Of a stretch of 64,000 nucleotides of DNA, positions 39,445 through 48,287 are shown in pieces. Made by a program: the position numbers and the translations under genes. Within the stretch, counting starts at the first letter, position 1. Every line of letters starts with the position of its first letter. The notes beneath the pieces were generated by a model that had not been told where the DNA came from, did not search any database, and saw only the letters and a program-made list of their open reading frames with translations. This DNA is from Polyangiales bacterium (GTDB lineage: Bacteria; Myxococcota_A; Polyangia; Polyangiales; Ga0077539): the NCBI GenBank assembly GCA_044229975.1, contig JBGARZ010000025.1, forward strand, positions 32,001-96,000, given 5' to 3'.

Positions 39445-39735
39445 ATGCCGCGACGTGGCAGTTTCATCCGGCTTATCGGCTGCGCGGCGTTGCTAGGGGC
39501 CTGTGCCCAGACGACCACAGGAGAGCCGTCGAGGTCGGCCGACGCGGCTTCGACGATCGACGGGGGCACACCGCCGGACGCCACGGTCTACTGTTGGATC
39601 TCGGGCCCTCATTCCGTGCCCGCGGACGCCGGCGGCTGGTGGATCTGTGCGCCGTCCGATCGCTGTTGTCGGCACAACCAGGGCGGCTGGAATTGCCGTC
39701 CGCCGAGCTCGCCGGACTGCCTCTACGGGAGGTGA
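39445..39735 (+). CDS. Small Cys-rich putative lipoprotein
   Basis: LGAC lipobox, Ser/Thr/Ala linker, six-Cys C-terminal domain. Confidence 0.6.
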   Translation: MPRRGSFIRLIGCAALLGACAQTTTGEPSRSADAASTIDGGTPPDATVYCWISGPHSVPADAGGWWICAPSDRCCRHNQGGWNCRPPSSPDCLYGR

Positions 39736-39826
39736 TCCACAGAGGATCACGCTCACGGCGACGGCCGCGCGCGTCAGACCACGAGAGCGTGCCCATGTGA
39801 GCAGGCTCCGTGGGCTCGCCGACGGG

Positions 39827-40969
39827 TCACCTCACGACATGGACGGTCCATCCCAGAGCCGCACCACCGAGCACCAGCCACGTCGAGTTGACCTTCCATC
39901 GCACGAGCAGCACCGCGCTTGTGACCGCCAGGAGTACGGTCGGTACGTCCACGAGCGCCGCCCGACCGAGCTGCGCCGTCACGACGGCCATGAGTGCGAG
40001 CGACGCGACGTTGACGCCATCGAGGAAGGCAGCGGCGTTTGCAGAGTTGCGCAGCCGCGGAATCAACGGGCCGCTGAGTGCCACGAAGACGAAGGCTGGC
40101 AGGAAGATGCCCGCGGTCGCGACGAGCGCACCACCCGGCCCCGCGAGCAGGTAGCCGATGAAGGTCGCCGTCGTGAACACCGGCCCGGGCGTGACCTGGC
40201 CGACGGCGATGGCGTCGAGGAGCTGCGCCTCGGTCAACCAGTGCAGGCGCTCGACGAGGTCGGCCCGTAGAAACGCCAGGAGCACGTAGCCGCTCCCGAA
40301 GAGGACGGATCCGGTCTTGAGGAACACCCAGAAGATCGACGGGAGGCTCACCGCGCTCGCCGCGCCGCTCACTGCGACAGGGAGCGTGGGGAGGAGGGGA
40401 TACATCGCGGATCCGGTCACGCCCTCGGTGGGGCGCGTTCGAGCGGCCAGCAGGCTCACCGCCCCCGCGCCGAACAGGATCGCCAGCTCGTGCCCGCCAA
40501 ACGCGGCGAGGACTACCGCAACGACGCCAAGCACCCGCAGCTTGAGCGTGCGCGCAGCCTTCGGGGCGAGGCCCCACAGGGCCTGCACCACCACGGCGAG
40601 GATCACCGGCTTGACCCCGTAGAGCAGCCAGCGCGCGGAGGGCACCGTGCCGTAGCGGGCGTAGACCCAACCGAGCGCGGCCGTGATGAGCGTCGCCGGG
40701 AGGATGAACGCGGCCCCGGCGATCGCGAGCCCCGCCCAGCGACGGCGCTCCCACCCGATGTGGATGGCCATCTCCGTGGAGTTCGGCCCCGGAATGAGGT
40801 TGGTCGCGCCGAGGAGGTCGAGGAAGCGCTCCTCGGAGAGCCACCCGCGTCGGCGCACGACCTCGTCCTGCATCATCGCGACGTGGGCGGCGGGACCGCC
40901 GAAGGCCGTCGCCCCGAGTCGCAGGAACAACAGCCCGAGCTCGCGCAGGGAGGTGCGCTCGTCGCTCAT
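39827..40969 (-). CDS. chrA: Chromate efflux transporter, long-chain
   Basis: AFGGPAAH, IPGPNSTE, LFGSGYVL, GQVTPGP. Confidence 0.93.
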   Translation of the reverse strand: MSDERTSLRELGLLFLRLGATAFGGPAAHVAMMQDEVVRRRGWLSEERFLDLLGATNLIPGPNSTEMAIHIGWERRRWAGLAIAGAAFILPATLITAALGWVYARYGTVPSARWLLYGVKPVILAVVVQALWGLAPKAARTLKLRVLGVVAVVLAAFGGHELAILFGAGAVSLLAARTRPTEGVTGSAMYPLLPTLPVAVSGAASAVSLPSIFWVFLKTGSVLFGSGYVLLAFLRADLVERLHWLTEAQLLDAIAVGQVTPGPVFTTATFIGYLLAGPGGALVATAGIFLPAFVFVALSGPLIPRLRNSANAAAFLDGVNVASLALMAVVTAQLGRAALVDVPTVLLAVTSAVLLVRWKVNSTWLVLGGAALGWTVHVVR

Positions 40970-41283
40970 CGCGGAGGTCGGCGGCCGTCACTCCGCCGCC
41001 TGAGTGCCGCGTCGAGCGACCACGGCCCGCCGCCGACGAGGAACAGCGCGCTCAGGAGCATCGCGAGGTCCGTGCGCCCTTCGTGCAACAGACCCCAGAC
41101 GCCGTGCCTGCCGGGCGCGGGGATGCCAACGAGTGCGAAGCGGCCAGCCCCCAGCGCCCCGGGGAAGAGGAACTTCTGGACTCCCTCCGAGAGGAAGACG
41201 ACCCCCACCGCAGCGCGGATCAGGACCACCGCGCGCGGTGCGCTCACGTCGAAGAGGCGGGCGGCGAGCGGGGACATGGTCAC
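40966..41283 (-). pseudogene. DoxX-family membrane protein with apparent internal in-frame deletion
   Basis: IRAAVGVVFLSEGVQKF...GIPAP joined directly to the C-terminal HEGRTD...GPWSLD; the central TM segments are missing. Confidence 0.6.
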
Positions 41284-42008
41284 GGCACCGTGAACCGGGC
41301 GAGGTCGTCGATGCCGAGCGCCGCCTCCAGACGCGCGACCTCGGCCAACACTCGCTCGAAGCCGTGCTCGCCGAAGCGGGCGTGCTCCTCCGCCTCGAAG
41401 CGCTCGCCGAGCTCGTGGTAGGCGCCGCGACCCACGACCTCGCGAAAGGCGGGGAAGAGCACCGTGTCCTCGCGCGCGGCGTGGGGGCGGTACATGCGCT
41501 CGAAGGCGCGCAGTAGCGGCGCGAGCTCGGCGGCGCCGCTCGCCGGTCCGCTGGCCAGGCGGACGATCACGTCGGTCACCTCGCGGCCGCGCTGGTGTTG
41601 GCGGCGCAGCGTCGCGACCAACTCGACCTCTCGCCGCGCGGCGTCCAGCCGCGGGAACACGACCTGCTCCTCGGTGCGCTCGTGGTAGTCCTCCACAAAG
41701 CGTCGGAAGACGTCCGCTGCGCCCCGCACGACGGCGGCATCGAAGGCCTCCCGAAGCTCGATGCGGCGCGCGGTCTCGCCGTAGATGAGGAGGATGCGCT
41801 CCACGACGCCGTGCTCCTGCATCAGGTCCTCACCCGGGGTCACCTCGGCCTCTGTGGAGTCCCCGCCGTGCGTCGGCGGATCCGATCGTGCGGCGCGCGT
41901 CCCGGGCGTGGTCGCGCACCCTGTCAGCACGAGACCTGTCGCGGCGGCGAGCGTGCCCAGGGCGCGCCGACGCGGCGCGACGGAGTCGTCAGCAGGGTCT
42001 CGGTTCAT
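41280..42008 (-). CDS. Hemerythrin (HHE) domain protein with twin-arginine/lipoprotein-like signal
   Basis: RRRALG...LTGC; LMQEH, YHERTEEQVVFP, QH, HAAREDTVLFP. Confidence 0.85.
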   Translation of the reverse strand: MNRDPADDSVAPRRRALGTLAAATGLVLTGCATTPGTRAARSDPPTHGGDSTEAEVTPGEDLMQEHGVVERILLIYGETARRIELREAFDAAVVRGAADVFRRFVEDYHERTEEQVVFPRLDAARREVELVATLRRQHQRGREVTDVIVRLASGPASGAAELAPLLRAFERMYRPHAAREDTVLFPAFREVVGRGAYHELGERFEAEEHARFGEHGFERVLAEVARLEAALGIDDLARFTVP

Positions 42009-42154
42009 GGCTCGTCTCCCGTCTCCACATGGGGCGAGGTGCCCTCGCGCCCTTCCTGGTCCTCAGACGGTTCGTTGTAACGCCCCGACGGCGAGCGGAT
42101 GACGCGAGTCTCTACCGCGGTCATCGAGTCGTCTCCGGTGGAATGCCGCGCGCC

Positions 42155-43204
42155 TCAGTGGCGGTGCCGGTGGTGGGCGTCGGGGGTGTGGGGGTGGTCG
42201 TGCGCGAGCGGCGCGTGGTGGTGGGCGTGGGCGTGGGGTTCTCCCGGTGGGTCGGCGGGGCCGTGCGTGTGCTCGTGGTGCTCGTCGTGGACGTGCGCGT
42301 GCGCGTGGTCGAGCGCCTCGTGGGTGTGGCCGTGGCCGTGCCGCTCGTGCAGGAGCAGCGCCACGCCGGCCGCCATCACCGCCATCGCGAGCCCGTCGGA
42401 CCACCCGAGGTGCTCGCCCGTGAGGGCGGTCGCGGCAAGCGCGCCGAGGAACGGCGCCGTGGCGAAGTACGCCGCTTCGCGCGCGGCGCCCACGAGCCGC
42501 AGCGCGTAGGCGTCGAGGACCACGCTCGCGCCGTAGCTCACGCTCCCCAAGGCGAGCGCGGCCGCGGTGATGCGGGCGGAGGGGAGCCGCCCCGAGACGG
42601 CCAGGCCGAGGACCAGATTGAAGGAGCCGGCGGCCAGCGTCTTCACTCGCACGAGCGCGAACGGGTCGCGCAGCGACAGACGCTGGGTAAGGTTGTTGTC
42701 GAGCGCCCACGCCGCGCAGGCGCCCGCGAGCAGCAGCACCCCCGGCGTGTCCGCGCCGTGCGCTCCCGGCTGGAGCCGCAGGATCACAGCGCCCGCGAGG
42801 ATGAGCGCCATGGCCCCCGCCGCGTAGCGCCCCAGGTGCTCGCGAAACACCAGGACGGCGAGCGCGATGGTGAAGAGCGCTTCCAGGTTGAGCAACAGCG
42901 AGCCCGTGACGGCGCTCGTGCGCTGTAGCCCGAAGAGCATGAGCAACGGCCCCGCGACCCCGCCCGCCGCGACGAGGACCGCGAGCTTCGGCACGTCGGC
43001 CCGTGCGAGCGGCGCCTCCGTCGTCGCGGGGCGCACGAGCCGGTAGAGCGAGAGCGCGAGGCCCGCGCCCAGGTAGAGGAGCCCGGCGAGCACCTGCGGG
43101 CTCACGTCCCCGAGCAGCCGCTTCGAGAGCGGCGCCGAGACGCCGAAGAGCGCCGCGGCCAGGAGCCCCAGCGCGGCCCCCCTGGGTGCCTCCGGGCGGC
43201 TCAC
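42155..43204 (-). CDS. EamA/DMT transporter with His-rich C-terminal tail
   Basis: Ten TM segments, LLLNLE, DNNLT; tail HGHGHTH...HHRHRH. Confidence 0.9.
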   Translation of the reverse strand: MSRPEAPRGAALGLLAAALFGVSAPLSKRLLGDVSPQVLAGLLYLGAGLALSLYRLVRPATTEAPLARADVPKLAVLVAAGGVAGPLLMLFGLQRTSAVTGSLLLNLEALFTIALAVLVFREHLGRYAAGAMALILAGAVILRLQPGAHGADTPGVLLLAGACAAWALDNNLTQRLSLRDPFALVRVKTLAAGSFNLVLGLAVSGRLPSARITAAALALGSVSYGASVVLDAYALRLVGAAREAAYFATAPFLGALAATALTGEHLGWSDGLAMAVMAAGVALLLHERHGHGHTHEALDHAHAHVHDEHHEHTHGPADPPGEPHAHAHHHAPLAHDHPHTPDAHHRHRH

Positions 43205-46200
43205 GTTCTCACCTCGCCGACGAGTGGCCGCGTCGCAAGCGCGCCAAAGCGTCGGTAGAGCGCGGGGACCACAAACATGTTGAGCACCGTCGAGGAGAGC
43301 AGACCGCAGAGGATCACGACCGCCATCGGAGACTGGATCTCGCTCCCGGGCCGTCCTCCAGCCAGGGCGAGGGGCACGAGCCCGAGGCCCGCCGCGAGCG
43401 CCGTCATGAGGATCGGGACCAGACGTTCGAGGGCGCCGCGGCGCACCGCTTCGTGCGGGTCCGTCACGCCCTCCTCGTGCGCGAGGTGGCGGACGTGTGA
43501 GACGAGCATGATGCCGTTGCGGGTCGCGATGCCGAAGAGGGTGATGAAGCCCACGAGCGAAGCGACCGAGAGCACGCCACCTTCCAGGTAGACGCCGAGG
43601 ACGCCTCCCACGAGGGCGAGTGGGAGGTTGAGCATGACCAGGAGCGCATCGCGCCCCGAGCGGAACGCCAGCGCGAGGAGCGCGAAGACGCCAAGGATCG
43701 CCGCGGCGCCCGCGAGAGCGATGGTCCGCGTCGCCCCTTCGGCGCTCTCAAACTGGCCCCCATAGGCGATGCGGTAGCCCGGGGGGAGCGTGACGCCGCG
43801 CGCGATGGCGGTCCGCACGTCGGTCACGACGCTGCCCACGTCGCGGCCGGCGACGTTGCAGCTCACCACGAGCTTGCGCTCGACGCCCTCGCGGCCGATC
43901 TCGTGGGGGGCCCGGTCGCGCCGCACGTCCGCCAGCGCCCGCAGCGGCAAGCGTGCGCCGCGCGGGGTCAGGACGAGGGTGTCGCCGAGCGCGTCGATCG
44001 ACGGCGTGCGCGCGGGGTCCATGCGTGCGACGAGCTCGAAGACCGCGGCGCCCTCGGTCACCTCCGAGACGACGCGGGTGCCCGTCGTGACCTCTAGCGT
44101 GCGGGCGACGTCGGCCACCCGGAGCCCGTGGCGGCCGATCGCCGCGCGGTCGAAGCGCACTCGCACGAAGGGGATGTCCGCCTGTTGCTCGCGGGCGAGG
44201 TCCACGACGCCGGGGACGCCGCGCATGGCGGTCTCCACGGCAACCCCGAGGCGGCGCAGCTCCGAGAGGTCGGGGCCGAAGAGCTTCACCGCGACGCTGG
44301 CGCGCGTGCCCGAGAGCATGTGGTCGATGCGGTGGCCGATGGGCTGGCCGACCGTCACGTTCATCCCCGGCAGCCGCGAGAAGTCCCGCCGCAGCGCGGC
44401 GAGGAAGTCCTCCCGCGAGCGCGTGGTCTCGCGCAGGCTGACGTCGAGCTCGGAGGCGTGGACGCCCTGGGCGTGTTCGTCCATCTCCGCGCGGCCTGTA
44501 CGGCGGGCGACGGACACCACTTCGCGGTGGCCGAGGAGGATCCGCTCGACCCGTCGCCCCATGGCGTCCGACTCCGCGAGCGAGGTGCCGGGGAGGGTCA
44601 CCGTCGCGATCGTGAGCGTGCCCTCGCGAAACTCCGGCAGGAACGATCGACCTGCGAGGGAGAGCGCAACGCTGGCCCCGACGAGGAGCACCAGGGAGAC
44701 GGCGGCGAGGCCCCGCCAGCCGCGCAGAGCCCGTTCGAGGAGCGGGGCGTAGCGAGCTTTCAACCACCGGGCGAGGCGGGGCTCCTCGGCCGCGGTCACC
44801 GCGCGCGCGCCCGGTAGGAGAAGCGAGCAGAGCACCGGCGTCACGGTCACGGCGACGAGCAGCGACGCCCCGAGCGACACCACGTACGCGAGTCCGAGGG
44901 GCTGGAGGAGTCGGCCCTCGACCCCGGAGAGGAAGAAGAGCGGCGAGAACACCGCCACCACGATGAGGGTCGCGAAGACGATCGAGCTGCGGATCTCACG
45001 GCTCGCGGCGAGGACGACGGCGAGCGCAGGCTCGCGCAGCGCGGGCTCCAGGCGGGCGTTGTCGCGGAGGCGGCGAACGACGTTTTCGACGTCGATCACC
45101 GCGTCGTCCACCAGCTCGCCGACCGCGATGGCCATGCCGCCGAGCGTCATGGTGTTGAGCGTGGCGCCGAAGGCCGACAGCGCGAAGACCGCCATCATCA
45201 GGCTCAAGGGGATGGCCACGATCGTGATGACGCTCGCCCGCCCGCTCGCGAGGAAGAGGAGCACGACGAGCAACACGAGCCCGACGCCGTCGCGCAGGGC
45301 GGTCGTCACGTTGTGGATGGCCACTTCGATGAAGTCGGCCTGGCGGAAGATGTTGCGGTGGATGGTCATGCCCGCGGGCAAGGCGCGTCCGATCTCGTCG
45401 AGCTCACGATCGAGGCGTGAAGTGAGCTCCAGGGTGTTGGCGCCGGGTTGCCGCTGGATGCCCAGGACGACCGCCGACTCTGCGCGGTACGAACCTTCGC
45501 CGCGCTTGAGGGCCGCGCCGACGCGAACCTCTCCCAGGTGGCGTACGAGCACGGGCTCCTCGCCGCGCATCGCGACGAGCGTCTCGGCGACGTCCTCAAC
45601 CGAGCGCACACGGCCGGTGCCGTGGACGAGGTACTCCTGCGCCCCCTCGGCGAGGAAGCCCGCCGACACGTTGAGGTTGGTGTCGGCGAGCGCGCGGAGC
45701 ACCTCGTCCACCGTGAGGTGGTAGGCGACGAGGCGGTCGGGGTTGAGCACCACCTGGAACTGCCGCCGCTCGCCGCCGGTCACGACCACCTGCGACACGC
45801 CGGGGACTGCGAGGAGGCGCCGCCGAACCGTGAAGTCGGCTGCGGTGCGCACCTCCATCGGCGTGTGCTGCGCGCTCGTCATCGCGACGAAGAGGATCTC
45901 CCCCATGATGGACGACACCGGCGCGAGCACCGGCGTCTCGACCTCCGCAGGGAGCGTGTCGCGCACCAGTTGGAGCTTTTCGCTCACGATCTGCCGCGCG
46001 CGGAATACGTCCGCGCCCCACTCGAACTCGACGTAGACGATGGAGATGCCCACTGCCGTCGAGGAGCGCACGCGCCGCACGCCGGGCGCGCCGTTGACGG
46101 CCGTCTCGATGGGCCAGGTGACGCGCGTCTCCAGCTCCTCGGGCGCCATGCCGTGCCCCTCGGTGAGGATCGTGACCGTCGGGGCCGTGAGGTCGGGGAA

Positions 46201-46314
46201 GACATCCACGGGCATGCGGGAGGCCGTCCAGGCGCCCCACACGAGGAGGACAGCCGCGAGCCCGAGAACGACGGCCCGGTGGGCGAGGGACCAGCGCAGG
46301 ATGGCGTCGATCAT
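43201..46314 (-). CDS. CusA/CzcA heavy-metal RND permease (second)
   Basis: MPVDVFPD, AVGELVDDAVIDVEN, RLVPILMTA, GSEIQSPMA. Confidence 0.95.
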   Translation of the reverse strand: MIDAILRWSLAHRAVVLGLAAVLLVWGAWTASRMPVDVFPDLTAPTVTILTEGHGMAPEELETRVTWPIETAVNGAPGVRRVRSSTAVGISIVYVEFEWGADVFRARQIVSEKLQLVRDTLPAEVETPVLAPVSSIMGEILFVAMTSAQHTPMEVRTAADFTVRRRLLAVPGVSQVVVTGGERRQFQVVLNPDRLVAYHLTVDEVLRALADTNLNVSAGFLAEGAQEYLVHGTGRVRSVEDVAETLVAMRGEEPVLVRHLGEVRVGAALKRGEGSYRAESAVVLGIQRQPGANTLELTSRLDRELDEIGRALPAGMTIHRNIFRQADFIEVAIHNVTTALRDGVGLVLLVVLLFLASGRASVITIVAIPLSLMMAVFALSAFGATLNTMTLGGMAIAVGELVDDAVIDVENVVRRLRDNARLEPALREPALAVVLAASREIRSSIVFATLIVVAVFSPLFFLSGVEGRLLQPLGLAYVVSLGASLLVAVTVTPVLCSLLLPGARAVTAAEEPRLARWLKARYAPLLERALRGWRGLAAVSLVLLVGASVALSLAGRSFLPEFREGTLTIATVTLPGTSLAESDAMGRRVERILLGHREVVSVARRTGRAEMDEHAQGVHASELDVSLRETTRSREDFLAALRRDFSRLPGMNVTVGQPIGHRIDHMLSGTRASVAVKLFGPDLSELRRLGVAVETAMRGVPGVVDLAREQQADIPFVRVRFDRAAIGRHGLRVADVARTLEVTTGTRVVSEVTEGAAVFELVARMDPARTPSIDALGDTLVLTPRGARLPLRALADVRRDRAPHEIGREGVERKLVVSCNVAGRDVGSVVTDVRTAIARGVTLPPGYRIAYGGQFESAEGATRTIALAGAAAILGVFALLALAFRSGRDALLVMLNLPLALVGGVLGVYLEGGVLSVASLVGFITLFGIATRNGIMLVSHVRHLAHEEGVTDPHEAVRRGALERLVPILMTALAAGLGLVPLALAGGRPGSEIQSPMAVVILCGLLSSTVLNMFVVPALYRRFGALATRPLVGEVRT

Positions 46315-46321
46315 GCGGGCC

Positions 46322-47872
46322 TCAATGGGAGTGTCCGTGCGCGGGAACGGCGCCGCCCGAGGCCGCGAGCTTCACCGACCACGCGCCCTGCGTGACGACG
46401 CGCTCGCCCACGCGCACCCCTTGGGTCACGGCGACGTAGCCACGATCGAAAGGGCCGAGCCGCACCGCGCGGCGCTCGAACGCCTCGCCCTCGACCTGCA
46501 CGAAGACCACGCGCTGGCTGCCGTCGTCCACGATGGCGGCGGCGGGGACGGCGACGGCCTGCGTCGGCTCATCGACCAGGATGTGGGCGGTGACGAGGGC
46601 ACCCAGCGGCAGGTGCGCGTTGGAGTTCTCGACGGCGAAGAGGGCGGTCATCGTGCGCGAGATGGGGTCGATGCGGTGGTCGCTCCCGAGGAAGGCGTCG
46701 GCCCCGAGCTCGACGGGTCGATCGGTCCCAGGTGGCTCGAACCACGCGCCGCGGAGGTTCGCGACCCGGTCCGCGTCCGCTTCGGGCACTCGTGCGTCGA
46801 GCCAGAGCCTCGTCAGATCCGCGACGTGAAAGAGCGGAGCACCTGCTTCGACGAAAGCGCCCGGCGCGACCTCGACCTCGACGAGCGTGCCGGTGAGCGG
46901 GGCGCGCACCTGGATGTTCCCCGTACCGCCGCGGTTGCGCGTCTGCTCGACGCTCTGGAACTGTGCCCGCCGACGCTCAGCCGCGGCTAGCGCAGCGCGC
47001 GCTTCCTCCTCGACGTGCGTCGCCTCGACCACCCGGTGTTCGGGGACGGCGCCCTCGGCCCGCAGGGCGTCGAGGCGGCCGCGTTCGTGGATGGCGCGCG
47101 CGAGGTCGAGACGTGCGCTGGTGGAGGCAAGGTCGATCGACGCCCGGTCCGAAGCCTCCAGCCGGGGGACGAGGAGCGCGAGCGGAGTCTCGACTGCGAC
47201 CGCTTCGCCAATGCGAGGGAACGTCGCGCCGACCCGCACCACCCGGCCCGCGGCGGGGGCCGTGACGATGACGTCGCCGTCACCCCGAGCGCGCAGCGTG
47301 CCGGTGACCGCGAGGGAAGGCCGGAAGGGACGCTCGGTCGCAGTCTCGGTTGCGAACTCCGTCTGCCACTGCTGCTCCTTGAGGAAGGAGATTCGTCCGG
47401 CGGGCTCGGGCTCGTGGGGAATGGCCCGCCGCGCTGCCTCGACGGACTCGAACACCTGCACGTCGCCGAGGTCGTGCGTGACCGTACCATCGGCCAACTG
47501 GACCTCCACGAGGAGGCGTCGCGCGCCCGCCGCGGTGGGGATCGCGACGGGGCGGAAGATGCCGGGCACCTCGGGGTGTTCGGCGAGGAAGCGCTCATCA
47601 GACGGGCCGCCACGCAGGATGACCGTCACCCGCCCGGCGCCCAGGGCGGAGAAGTCCGCGAGGCGCGTGACGTGCGCCGCGAGGGTCGAGGGGCGCCCAC
47701 GGACGAGGGCACGCAACTCGACGAAGAGCTCGGTGCGGTCGGTCCAACTCGTGAACGAGAGGGGCGGCGGTGTTGTGGCGGGCGGTTCGGCGCGCATGCC
47801 CGGCCGGTCGGAGCGAGCGCCGCAGGCAGCGAGCGCGAGACTGAGGACGAGGAGAAGGCTTCGGTCGTTCAT
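46322..47872 (-). CDS. RND periplasmic adaptor (second), with extra N-terminal domain
   Basis: LAAC lipobox, ISFLKEQQW, IDPISRT, C-terminal HGHSH. Confidence 0.88.
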   Translation of the reverse strand: MNDRSLLLVLSLALAACGARSDRPGMRAEPPATTPPPLSFTSWTDRTELFVELRALVRGRPSTLAAHVTRLADFSALGAGRVTVILRGGPSDERFLAEHPEVPGIFRPVAIPTAAGARRLLVEVQLADGTVTHDLGDVQVFESVEAARRAIPHEPEPAGRISFLKEQQWQTEFATETATERPFRPSLAVTGTLRARGDGDVIVTAPAAGRVVRVGATFPRIGEAVAVETPLALLVPRLEASDRASIDLASTSARLDLARAIHERGRLDALRAEGAVPEHRVVEATHVEEEARAALAAAERRRAQFQSVEQTRNRGGTGNIQVRAPLTGTLVEVEVAPGAFVEAGAPLFHVADLTRLWLDARVPEADADRVANLRGAWFEPPGTDRPVELGADAFLGSDHRIDPISRTMTALFAVENSNAHLPLGALVTAHILVDEPTQAVAVPAAAIVDDGSQRVVFVQVEGEAFERRAVRLGPFDRGYVAVTQGVRVGERVVTQGAWSVKLAASGGAVPAHGHSH

Positions 47873-48115
47873 GGCGCGTCCGCGGCGGTCGCGCGATCGA
47901 GCTCGACCCGCGCCCGCCGGGCGGCCTGATCGAGGTCGAGTGCGGTGAGCTCGTCGTCCCCGGCGCCGCGGTAGGCGTCGAGGAGTTCGAGCAGGGTCAT
48001 CTCGCCGCCCTGGTAGCCCGCGGTCGCGATGCGGACGAGGTCCGCCGACGCCGCCCGCGCGTCCTCGCGGAAGCGCCGGGCCGCGCGCACGAGACGAGTC
48101 GCCTCGGCGTGTAGC
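47869..48115 (-). pseudogene. 3' fragment of the TolC-family gene split by the insertion element
   Basis: LHAEATRLVRAARRF...GYQGGEMTLLELLDAYR; rejoins in frame with 51763-52838 (1317 nt, 438 aa). Confidence 0.88.
48110..48115. repeat. Target-site duplication, left copy (TGTAGC)
   Basis: Identical to 51763-51768. Confidence 0.88.
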
Positions 48116-48287
48116 TGCGCTTGTCAAACACCTACCAACAAGAAATGGCGGACGTCCGTTGGCGCGGCCTGGCGAGCGCCTTGGCGTGACCGGCTGACGC
48201 TCGGGCGCTCGTTGGTTTTGGCGTCGCAGCGATCGCCGTCGAGCCCGTCGCCGTCGGGGTCGCCCACGGTGTGCGGGCGCCTCGCCG

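Noticed and set aside
42155..42350. Repetitive GTG-rich tract
   Set aside because: Encodes the His-rich tail of the EamA transporter; not a DNA repeat or CRISPR
46322..48127. 601-aa adaptor ORF starting inside the element end
   Set aside because: The extension overlaps the tolC 3' fragment in another frame; the lipoprotein signal starts at 47872
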